From contig OY762940.1 of assembly GCA_963667255.1 (NCBI GenBank), positions 556,510 through 620,509 on the forward strand: 64,000 nt of DNA. Reading direction: 5' to 3'. How positions within the stretch are numbered: the stretch's first letter is position 1; every line of letters starts with the position of its first letter. This DNA comes from Candidatus Cloacimonadota bacterium (lineage in GTDB: Bacteria > Cloacimonadota > Cloacimonadia > G963667145). Position numbers and translations under genes: made by a program. The notes under the pieces were generated by a model, which was not told where the DNA came from, did no database searches, and saw only the letters and a program-made list of their open reading frames with translations. This document shows positions 36,709 through 44,323 of this stretch, piece by piece.

Positions 36709-38187
36709 TTATTCTAAATAGATAATGCGGTCAGCAAGAGCAATAATTTCATCATTCTTTGGAGCAAGTTGTGCATCATTATTTTCTGCGATGAAACCAA
36801 TTATGTTAATATCTTGGTCAATTTGATATTGTTTCAATTCTTTAAATTTAACTGGCTCTTTAAATCCAAAATGTTCTAACTTATTTTCTTTGATGACACG
36901 CCCATCTAAATTCAACATTTCATAAAGCAAAGGAGAAATATAAGGATGTCTAATACAATTTGAAATCAAATTTGCATCAATAGATTCTTTGTATATGATT
37001 TCATCACCTTTTATTTTGTCTCTTATTATTTCAGAATTTTCTTGGTTAATTATTTCTGCAATTGTATGGACATTTTTATTTTCTTGTTCAATATTAAAAA
37101 CTGTTAGTACAGTTCGCATATCAACATTTTTTTGGGGTTCATTTCCTTGATACTCTGCAAATATAACAGCAAGGCTACAGTCACAAATATTAACTTTTCT
37201 CAATGTATCAATACTTGAATAATCGCCATTAAAATAAATAATTCCATTTAAGCTTGGGTTTTCTTTTTCAGTTACTAAAACAATTCTTTTAGAATAGAGT
37301 TTCTTGTTTTTCAATATTTCTTCGATTACTTTTGAAGTGGAGGATGTATATCCGCAAAGAACAATATGGTCTTTAATAGTTAGTTTCCCAAGTTTTCCTT
37401 TTTTAATGTTACTCATAATCTCTCCCGATTTAGTTGATATAGTAGAAATAAAAAAACTAATAAACGAAATATTTGCAATCAAAGTAAATGAAGAAAAAAT
37501 TTTGCCCATTACAGTAGTTGGGGCATCATCACATATCCCAACAAGTTTCAATGTATAATTTAAATAGTGAAAGTAAGAATTTGCATTACCTACCTGTGAT
37601 TCTGACAAAAATAGTGCAAATGAATTAATTATTACAATAAATAATGTTCCCAGTAAGAGAATAGCTATCAAAAAGTAGGATTCTTTGAAACTCCTTACTA
37701 AAATAGAAATATTTGAAAAAGATTTTTTTACTTTTAATAGTCTAATAAATTTTAAAAATTTAATAAACCTTAATAATCTACAGGTTCTAAAAAATCGAAG
37801 AAACCGAATAATTGGAATAAGAGAAACTAAATCGATAATTGGAAAGGGAGATAAAATCCATTTAACTTTATTTGTAATAGCATAGATTATAGAACCATCT
37901 TCGTCTTTTATATCTTCTATGAAATCGGAAGAAATATAAAAGCGAGTTAGATATTCAATAGCAAAGAATACTGTTAAGGAAGTATCTATATTGAATAAAT
38001 AATTCGGTAAGTTTAAATCTGAAAAAAATAATTCAAAAAATGTAGAAATAACAGAAATAAAAATAATAAGGAGCAAAATTAAATCTACATATACTCTTTT
38101 GGAATTATTTTCACTCTCTAACCACCAGTAAAGAAAGCCCTTTAATCCTTTTTGCTGTTTTTCCGCATATCTATCTAATTTTGACAT
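36709..38187 (-). CDS. Six-TM voltage-sensor-type ion channel with a C-terminal RCK/TrkA-N-like domain and a non-canonical pore
   Basis: S4-like segment RFLRFFRTCRLLRFIKFLKFIRLLK, with a basic residue every third position (9 of them). The pore-loop region is TLKLVGICDDAPTTVMGKIF, with GIC where K+ channels have GYG. After S6 comes HIVLCGYTSSTSKVIEEIL, a degenerate GxGxxG of RCK domains. Confidence 0.7.
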   Translation of the reverse strand: MSKLDRYAEKQQKGLKGFLYWWLESENNSKRVYVDLILLLIIFISVISTFFELFFSDLNLPNYLFNIDTSLTVFFAIEYLTRFYISSDFIEDIKDEDGSIIYAITNKVKWILSPFPIIDLVSLIPIIRFLRFFRTCRLLRFIKFLKFIRLLKVKKSFSNISILVRSFKESYFLIAILLLGTLFIVIINSFALFLSESQVGNANSYFHYLNYTLKLVGICDDAPTTVMGKIFSSFTLIANISFISFFISTISTKSGEIMSNIKKGKLGKLTIKDHIVLCGYTSSTSKVIEEILKNKKLYSKRIVLVTEKENPSLNGIIYFNGDYSSIDTLRKVNICDCSLAVIFAEYQGNEPQKNVDMRTVLTVFNIEQENKNVHTIAEIINQENSEIIRDKIKGDEIIYKESIDANLISNCIRHPYISPLLYEMLNLDGRVIKENKLEHFGFKEPVKFKELKQYQIDQDINIIGFIAENNDAQLAPKNDEIIALADRIIYLE

Positions 38188-38196
38188 TTACTATTT

Positions 38197-38457
38197 TTAA
38201 TAAAGTCCAATAATTTTACCAATAATAACGGGAATAGGTTGGTCATTTCGGTCGTAGGTGTTTGAAGAGTTAGCTCCAGATTTTGGTTTTACATGTGTTG
38301 CAGATACTTCCCAAGAATTTGAAGATGATGCTCCTGAGCGTGGTTTGATTTTCTTGCCGTCAAATTCCCAAGAATTTGATAGCAAGGCACCGCTTTTTGG
38401 TTTTAATTTTTTGCCGTCCCACAGCCAATCGCGTGGTAACTCAATTTTGTTAGCCAT
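38197..38457 (-). CDS. Small protein with three 19-aa tandem repeats, function unknown
   Basis: AAGGAAAAA lies 4 nt upstream of the ATG. The repeats are WLWDGKKLKPKSGALLSNS, WEFDGKKIKPRSGASSSNS and WEVSATHVKPKSGANSSNT, followed by a hydrophobic tail (IPVIIGKIIGLY). The stop is 9 nt from the channel start. Confidence 0.6.
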   Translation of the reverse strand: MANKIELPRDWLWDGKKLKPKSGALLSNSWEFDGKKIKPRSGASSSNSWEVSATHVKPKSGANSSNTYDRNDQPIPVIIGKIIGLY

Positions 38458-38467
38458 AAAATTTTTC

Positions 38468-38559
38468 CTTTATATTTATTTCAAAATTTATTTGAGGCTA
38501 AAAATCCAAGAATATATGTCAAGCAATAAGTCCTCAAATCCTAGATAAGCTCTCTAAAA
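38468..38559. repeat. 91-nt intergenic repeat, copy B
   Basis: See copy A. This copy lies between the Fic stop (38570) and the small-protein start (38457). It contains TTGACA on the minus strand 60 nt upstream of that start. Confidence 0.95.
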
Positions 38560-38569
38560 TTTTTTCTAT

Positions 38570-39532
38570 CTATGAAGGGCGATATCTATATTTGGTTAAT
38601 CTTTTCTCGCCTATTTTTATTAAGATTTTATTTTCGACTGCATTTTTCAGGTCGCGACTCGCTGTTGCAGAAGAAATATCTTTATTATGTCTCATATAAT
38701 CTTGACGCGAAAATTCATTGTTGCCAATAAAACTTTTGAATAATTCTATTCTATCTTTATCTGTTGGGCTCAATTGTTGGGTTCTCAACAAATCTTCAAG
38801 AGCGAAGTTAATGATTTCTAACATAAATTCTATAAAAAGGGTAGATTCTCCTAAGCTATTAGATTTTCCAAGAACATTGTAATAGTTCTGTTGTTTTTCT
38901 TTTATCAAAGTTTCAATTGGTAAAAATTCAAATACTGGGGAATACTCTTTTAAAATCACTGTTTGCCATAGTCTTCCCATTCTTCCGTTTCCATCAATGA
39001 ATGGATGGATGAATTCAAATTCGTAATGAAACACGCAACTCTTTATCAAGATAATGTCATTGTCGTTTTTTAAATAATCGAATAGATTTTTTAGTAAAGG
39101 GTAAACCATATCTCCAGGAGGAGCCAGATGTGCTAATTGATTTCCTTTTAAAATCCCAACTGCCGTATTTCTTATATTGCCAGCATTATCAACGAGGTTA
39201 TTCATCAGAATTTTGTGAGCCGAACAAAGTGACTTCATATCATAAACTTTGAATTTATTTAGATTTTTGTAAACATTGATGGCATTTTTTACCTCTATAA
39301 TATCTTTTTCAGGGGCTAAAACTTTTTTGTTGTCTAATAAATCCGTTATTTGCTCAATAGTCAGAGTGTTCCCTTCGATTTCTAAAGATGCTTGAATTGT
39401 TTTAATTCTGTTCTTTTTTCTAAGTTCTGTAGGGGGCTTTGTAAGACGAGCAGCCTTTATTTCTCCAATTTTTTCCGAAATGGAAGAGATTAAATTTAAA
39501 ATTTTGTTTGTTATTTTATAAGGAGGTTTCAT
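38570..39532 (-). CDS. Fic-family protein (class II, with N-terminal inhibitory motif and C-terminal wHTH)
   Basis: Active-site motif HPFIDGNGRMGRL, inhibitory-helix motif SLEIEGN ([ST]xxxE[GN]) near the N-terminus, and a C-terminal SSATASRDLKNAVENKILIKIG winged-helix-like segment. Confidence 0.9.
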   Translation of the reverse strand: MKPPYKITNKILNLISSISEKIGEIKAARLTKPPTELRKKNRIKTIQASLEIEGNTLTIEQITDLLDNKKVLAPEKDIIEVKNAINVYKNLNKFKVYDMKSLCSAHKILMNNLVDNAGNIRNTAVGILKGNQLAHLAPPGDMVYPLLKNLFDYLKNDNDIILIKSCVFHYEFEFIHPFIDGNGRMGRLWQTVILKEYSPVFEFLPIETLIKEKQQNYYNVLGKSNSLGESTLFIEFMLEIINFALEDLLRTQQLSPTDKDRIELFKSFIGNNEFSRQDYMRHNKDISSATASRDLKNAVENKILIKIGEKRLTKYRYRPS

Positions 39533-39544
39533 TTTTCCAAGTAA

Positions 39545-39570
39545 GTGATAGTATCATATGATACCATCAC
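39545..39570. promoter_or_regulatory. 26-bp near-perfect palindrome in the Fic leader (operator or RNA hairpin)
   Basis: GTGATAGTATCAT|ATGATACCATCAC matches on 12 of 13 positions per half-site. It is centred 25 nt upstream of the Fic start codon. Confidence 0.5.
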
Positions 39571-39809
39571 TCGTCACTAATTGTTTTGATTTTTTCATTT
39601 TAATTGCTCTATATACCCTTTATTTAATCTATAGTAAAAAATTATGGCTATTGGTCAAGCAAAAACAAGTTGATAGTGTTAAAAATTCAAAGTAATTTTT
39701 CGTCTAAATTTTAATCAGCAAATCTTATTTCCTCTTGCTAATCACGCTGTTTCCCACAATCAATAAAAAAAAGACTTGCTTGGATGAACCGTGCTAATTT
39801 CCTGTCTCT

Positions 39810-40214
39810 ATGTTGAGAAATTATAAAGCGATTATAAAGAAATTTTCTCTGCTCTGCAGGTGCTTTGCCCTTATGTTTATGCTCATTGGGTGTAAGCCTG
39901 CTCCTGTATCCGGTGAGGCGATAAAACTGGATATTGTCAATGGTTGCGGGCAGATAGACGCCGCTATCCAGTTCAAGGAGGTCGTCCCTACCGATAAGCT
40001 TATGGTTCTCTCCATCAGTAACGCTTCCAATTTTAATTACGACAAGACGATTATCGTCAGTCATACGGAAGACAAGGTGGAGATTAATATAGTGAAAACT
40101 TTGCTCAAAATCGATGAAGTGGTGGTTATAATTGACACGGTGAGTGTTACGAAATTCACGGTTTACTTGGGTAACGATTATAAAAAAATTATAGAAAGGA
40201 TTAGAAATGACTGA
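39810..40214 (+). CDS. LytR_C-domain lipoprotein
   Basis: Has a lipobox (FMLIGC) and the LytR C-terminal domain pattern (KLDIVNGCGQIDAA...ISNASNFNYDKTIIV). Confidence 0.65.
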   Translation: MLRNYKAIIKKFSLLCRCFALMFMLIGCKPAPVSGEAIKLDIVNGCGQIDAAIQFKEVVPTDKLMVLSISNASNFNYDKTIIVSHTEDKVEINIVKTLLKIDEVVVIIDTVSVTKFTVYLGNDYKKIIERIRND

Positions 40215-40518
40215 AAAATTAGTGTTGTGGTTGGATGAAATGAAGGCTATTGATATCAAACAATACGACCTAAGACAAAAGGTTTCTTATGCGGATATGG
40301 TGGTGGTGTGCACTGCCAAAAACGAAAATCATGCGAAAGCGATTGCCGAGTATCTTTTGGAGAAGTCGAAAGAGTCCGGTATAGCGATATTTAATAAAGA
40401 AGGGTTTGGCTCCAAATGGGTGCTGTTGGATTATTCGGAAGTGATAGTGCACATCTTCTTGGAGGAGACCAGAAAATATTACGATTTAGAGAATTTTTGG
40501 AGTGGGACGAATGATTAA
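40207..40518 (+). CDS. rsfS: Ribosome silencing factor RsfS (Iojap family)
   Basis: 103 aa with AIDIKQYDL...YADMVVVCTAKNENHAKAIAEYL and WVLLDYSEVIVHIF. Confidence 0.85.
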   Translation: MTEKLVLWLDEMKAIDIKQYDLRQKVSYADMVVVCTAKNENHAKAIAEYLLEKSKESGIAIFNKEGFGSKWVLLDYSEVIVHIFLEETRKYYDLENFWSGTND

Positions 40519-42151
40519 AGAGATAATTGCTCAAGATTTGTTGGAATGCTTGCAGGGGCTAAAAATAGAGCCGAAAAAGGTGCTGGTGCTGGATGCTGAC
40601 CCCAAATTTGGCGACTATAGCTCCAATGTGGCTATGGTGCATGCGAAAAGTGCCGGAATGACGATTGATGAACTTGCTGACAAGATAGTTGCGAAAATGA
40701 AAAAGAGCAAATATTATAAGAAAGTCGAACTTGCTAAGGGTGGCTTTATCAATTTTGTTTTGGATAGCAAGATTTATCACAATGCTTTGATTGAAGTGGA
40801 GAAGAGCAATTTTGCAGGACTGAATTATGGTCAGGGCAAGAAAGTTTTGGTGGAATTCGTCAGTGCAAATCCGACCGGTCCATTGAACATCGTGAGTGCC
40901 AGAGCCGCTTCTTACGGGGACACTCTTTGTTCCGTGATGAATTTCATCGGATACGAAGCCACCAGAGAGTTCTATGTCAACGATTACGGCAACCAAATAG
41001 ACATCTTGGCTGAGTCGATAGAGATTCGCTACAAGGAAATCTTGAGTGGTGTTGAGCAGGAATTTCCTATTGAGGCTTACCACGGCGAGTATGTGAAAGA
41101 TATTGCCCAAAAAATTGTGGATATTGAGGGCTCGAAACTCCTTTCTTTTTCCAACGAAGACCGCGAACGCCGTATCAAAAAATTTGCTCTTTATGAGATG
41201 ATGAAGTCGCAAAGAAACTCTCTGACCGCTTTTCGTGTGGAGTTTGACAATTGGGTGTCCGAGAAGGCTCTGCGAGAGGACAATATGGTGGAGGAAGCTC
41301 TCAGCTATCTCTCCGAAGCGGGTTACACTTACGAGAGAGACGAAGCTGTTTGGTTCAAGTCCACTATCTTTGGGGACGAAAAGGATAGAATTTTGATGAA
41401 GTCCGATGGGAACACCACTTACTTTGTGCCGGATATTGGCTACCATATCAACAAATATCAAAGAGGTTATGACATCCTAATAGATGTGCTTGGTCCTGAC
41501 CATCACGGCTATCTGAAGAGAATGGAAGCGGCGATGAAAGCTATCGGATACCCTACGGAGAAGTTGGAGTTTATTATCTTGCAACAGGTAAATCTCTATG
41601 AAGGCAATGAGTTAATCAAGATGAGCAAGCGAGATGGCAAGATTATCAAGATGGATGAGTTGATAAAAGAGGTTGGCACGGATGCCGCCAGATTTTTCTT
41701 CTTAGACCGCAAAATCTCTTCGCATGTCAATTTCGATATGGAGTTGGCGAAGAAGAAAAGCAACGATAATCCTGTTTACTATTGCCAATACGCACACGCT
41801 CGGATTGCCAGTCTCATCAAGAAAGCTAAGAAAGAGAAGATTCTTTTGAACAAGTTCAAAAAAGAGGATTTGTTAAAACTGACGGGGAAGCAAGAGATAT
41901 CTTTGATGAAGAAGATTTTGCAATTTCCGGAGATTTTGGATGCCGTGGCGACTACTCGCGAGCCGAACAAATTGACTAATTACACCTACGATTTGGCAGG
42001 GTTGTATCACAAATATTACGGCTCCAGTAAGATGATAAATAATGAGAAGCCGGAGCTCACAATCGCAAGGCTTTATCTGTCTTCATGTGTGAAAATGACT
42101 TTGGGGAAAGCTTTGGAATTGATGGGTATTTCCGCTCCTGAAAAAATGTAA
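40511..42151 (+). CDS. argS: Arginine--tRNA ligase
   Basis: Class I HIGH-like motif (SANPTGPLNIVSAR) and KMSK (KMSKRDGK), plus a C-terminal DALR anticodon-binding domain. The start could be the ATG at 40511 or the GTG at 40502. Confidence 0.92.
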   Translation: MIKEIIAQDLLECLQGLKIEPKKVLVLDADPKFGDYSSNVAMVHAKSAGMTIDELADKIVAKMKKSKYYKKVELAKGGFINFVLDSKIYHNALIEVEKSNFAGLNYGQGKKVLVEFVSANPTGPLNIVSARAASYGDTLCSVMNFIGYEATREFYVNDYGNQIDILAESIEIRYKEILSGVEQEFPIEAYHGEYVKDIAQKIVDIEGSKLLSFSNEDRERRIKKFALYEMMKSQRNSLTAFRVEFDNWVSEKALREDNMVEEALSYLSEAGYTYERDEAVWFKSTIFGDEKDRILMKSDGNTTYFVPDIGYHINKYQRGYDILIDVLGPDHHGYLKRMEAAMKAIGYPTEKLEFIILQQVNLYEGNELIKMSKRDGKIIKMDELIKEVGTDAARFFFLDRKISSHVNFDMELAKKKSNDNPVYYCQYAHARIASLIKKAKKEKILLNKFKKEDLLKLTGKQEISLMKKILQFPEILDAVATTREPNKLTNYTYDLAGLYHKYYGSSKMINNEKPELTIARLYLSSCVKMTLGKALELMGISAPEKM

Positions 42152-42173
42152 ATAAATTTTTAGAGAGGAAGTC

Positions 42174-43403
42174 ATGAAAAAAAAATCTTTGTCATGGGTG
42201 AGAGGTAAATTGGCAAAAAGTGATTTGCCACGCAAAATGTTTCCGATAGAGGTTGCCAGAGAAGCGAGGAAGTTTCACAGGCAAATCCCCGGATACAGCA
42301 TTTCGCCTCTTAGATCTTTGCAAAATTTGGCTCAAATGTTTGGTGTTGGTGGTATTTGGACTAAGGACGAGGCTGTTCGCTTGGAGTTGAACTCTTTTAA
42401 GGTTTTGGGCGGTTCGTTTGCTATTTATCAATTTGTGAAAGAGAAGTTGGGCATCGATGAGGCTAAAATGAGTTACGAATTTCTTATCTCCGATGAGGTT
42501 AAGAAGAAACTCGGAACGATAACTTTTGCTTCTGCTACAGATGGCAATCATGGGCGAGGTGTTGCTTGGGCTGCCAAGAAACTTGGTCACAAATGTGAAA
42601 TCTATGTGCATGCTGGAACTTCGCAAAGACGAATTGACGCTATAAAAGGTTATGGTGCTAATGTTACCGTCATCAGCGGAAACTATGATAAAGCAGTTAG
42701 GCAATGTATGAAGGATGCCGAGAAGAACGGTTGGGAGGTAATCTCCGACACTTCATGGGACGGTTACGAAGCTGTTCCCACTTGGATTATGCAAGGCTAT
42801 ACCACGATGATGAGTGAGATACAGGAGCAGTTCTCCGCTCAAGGCATCATCAAGCCGACTCATATTTTCGTGCAAGCAGGAGTTGGTGCTTTGGCTTGTG
42901 CGGTTATCGGTTTTTACAACAGCTTATTTCCCGATGACCCACCTATTTCCGTGGTCGTTGAGCCGGATAACGCAGCTTGCCTTTACTATTCCGCCAAGGT
43001 TGGCGACGGTTTGCCTCACACTGTGGACGGTTCTCTTTCCACGATTATGGCAGGTTTGGCTTGCGGAGAGCCCAGTCCGATAGCTTGGGATTTGTTGAAA
43101 GACCATGTAAACGGATTTTTGTCTTGTCCCGATTATATTGCGGCTAAAGGGATGCGGATTTACGCTACTCCGCTGAAAGGCGACCCGTTCATCGTTTCGG
43201 GTGAGTCTGGAGCGGTTACGCTTGGAGCGTTGATTACTATCCTCAAGGAGAAAGATTTTGTGAAATTGAAATCCGAATTGAAATTGGATGAGAACTCTCA
43301 GATTCTTTTGATAAACACCGAGGGGAACACCGACCCTGTTTTGTTCCGTCAAGTGATATGGGAAGGAGCAAATCCTGTGCCGAGTGACCACTGGACTGAG
43401 TAG
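42174..43403 (+). CDS. dpaL: Diaminopropionate ammonia-lyase (YgeX/DpaL type, PLP-dependent)
   Basis: From memory it is collinear with E. coli YgeX: NSFKVLGGSFAI (PLP Lys), TDGNHGRGVAWAA, PTWIMQGY, VQAGVGA, MAGLACGEP, SGESGAV. Confidence 0.9.
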   Translation: MKKKSLSWVRGKLAKSDLPRKMFPIEVAREARKFHRQIPGYSISPLRSLQNLAQMFGVGGIWTKDEAVRLELNSFKVLGGSFAIYQFVKEKLGIDEAKMSYEFLISDEVKKKLGTITFASATDGNHGRGVAWAAKKLGHKCEIYVHAGTSQRRIDAIKGYGANVTVISGNYDKAVRQCMKDAEKNGWEVISDTSWDGYEAVPTWIMQGYTTMMSEIQEQFSAQGIIKPTHIFVQAGVGALACAVIGFYNSLFPDDPPISVVVEPDNAACLYYSAKVGDGLPHTVDGSLSTIMAGLACGEPSPIAWDLLKDHVNGFLSCPDYIAAKGMRIYATPLKGDPFIVSGESGAVTLGALITILKEKDFVKLKSELKLDENSQILLINTEGNTDPVLFRQVIWEGANPVPSDHWTE

Positions 43404-43413
43404 AGCTTTTTTG

Positions 43414-43457
43414 AAAAAAACTTCTTTGCTTTAAAAAGGTGAAGAAGTTTTTTTATT
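43414..43457 (+). terminator. A/T-rich hairpin followed by a T-run after dpaL
   Basis: AAAAACTTCTT (43416-43426) pairs with AAGAAGTTTTT (43442-43452) across a 15-nt loop. The T-run continues after the stem. The stem has low GC. Confidence 0.4.
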
Positions 43458-43500
43458 TAAAGTGTATTCCCACTGTTAGTTTTGAGATTTGGTAAAAGAG

Positions 43501-44270
43501 ATGATTGAAAATTATTATGATAGCAGGTTTGAGTTAGGGCATTTTGAGATGAATGAATTAGGGATAGCATCTCCGGTTACGATGTTGACACTTTTGGAGG
43601 AAACAGCAGCCGACCACTGTCTTTTTGCTGGTCATGGCTTATATGAATTGGAAAGTCAAAAAATAGGCTGGGTTTTAATTTCCGGCTTTCTTCAAATGGA
43701 TAGATACCCTCGCTATAAAGAGAAAATCGTTATTCGAACTTGGATATCCAGCTATACCTCTATCAAGGGTTTTCGAGAAAACATAATATACGATGAAAGT
43801 AACAACATTTTGGGAAGAGGGAAAAGTATTTGGGTTTTTTTTGATATTGAGAAAAGGAGACCGACAAGAATCTTTGAAGATATTAAAACCAAATGGTCAT
43901 CTTGCAGTGTGGAAAGTATTGATAAGGACATTTCCAGAAGATTGCGGGAGTTGAGGATTTTGATTGGTCAAAGCAGTTCAAGGTTAACAGATACGATACG
44001 GATATTTACGGACATCTGAATAATATTCGATATTTGCAATGGGTAGTCGAATCGATACCGGAAGAAATCTATATTAATCACTATTTATATTCAATTGATG
44101 GCAGATTTACTGCCGAGGCACAACTTGGGCAAACAGTTGTATCGCTGACCAAAAATGAATCTGTGAGAAATCTCAACGATGACAAAATGTTTTCTCATAC
44201 AATAAAAATTTCCACAGAGGATAAAATTTGTGCGACTGCTAAAACTGTTTGGAAGAAAATAAAAGCATAA
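43501..44270 (+). pseudogene. Acyl-ACP thioesterase (two hotdog domains) interrupted by a frameshift
   Basis: Domain 1 is in the frame of 43489-44019. Domain 2 (FKVNRYDTDIYGHLNNIRYLQWVVESIPEE...) is in another frame that is open from 43926 to 44270. The two frames overlap over 43926-44019, so a 1-nt shift near 43930 would restore one ~255-aa protein. Confidence 0.7.
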
Positions 44271-44323
44271 AAAACAACGATTTTAAAGATTTTTCGCCAT
44301 TTTGGCGGGGAAGTTTTTTTTGT

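Noticed and set aside
36466-38559. The 91-nt repeats as integron attC sites or a CRISPR-like array.
   Set aside because: There are only two copies, 2 kb apart. They lack the internal imperfect dyad with RYYYAAC/GTTRRRY ends typical of attC. No intI or cas genes are present, and the spacing and length do not fit CRISPR.
34229-39740. An integrase, transposase, recombinase or tRNA-type attachment site associated with the accessory segment.
   Set aside because: No ORF of at least 60 aa on either strand shows tyrosine/serine recombinase or DDE motifs, and no tRNA is adjacent. The segment is therefore not called a classical integrative element.
39738-40259. A 173-aa minus-strand ORF.
   Set aside because: It is antisense to the LytR_C-domain and rsfS genes, which have clear motifs and an 8-nt coupling overlap.
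44291-44320. A terminator hairpin (CGCCA-ttt-TGGCG followed by a T-run) between the thioesterase pseudogene and bioN.
   Set aside because: The stem is only 5 bp with a 3-nt loop, and the T-run is separated from it by GGGAAG. That is too weak to annotate.
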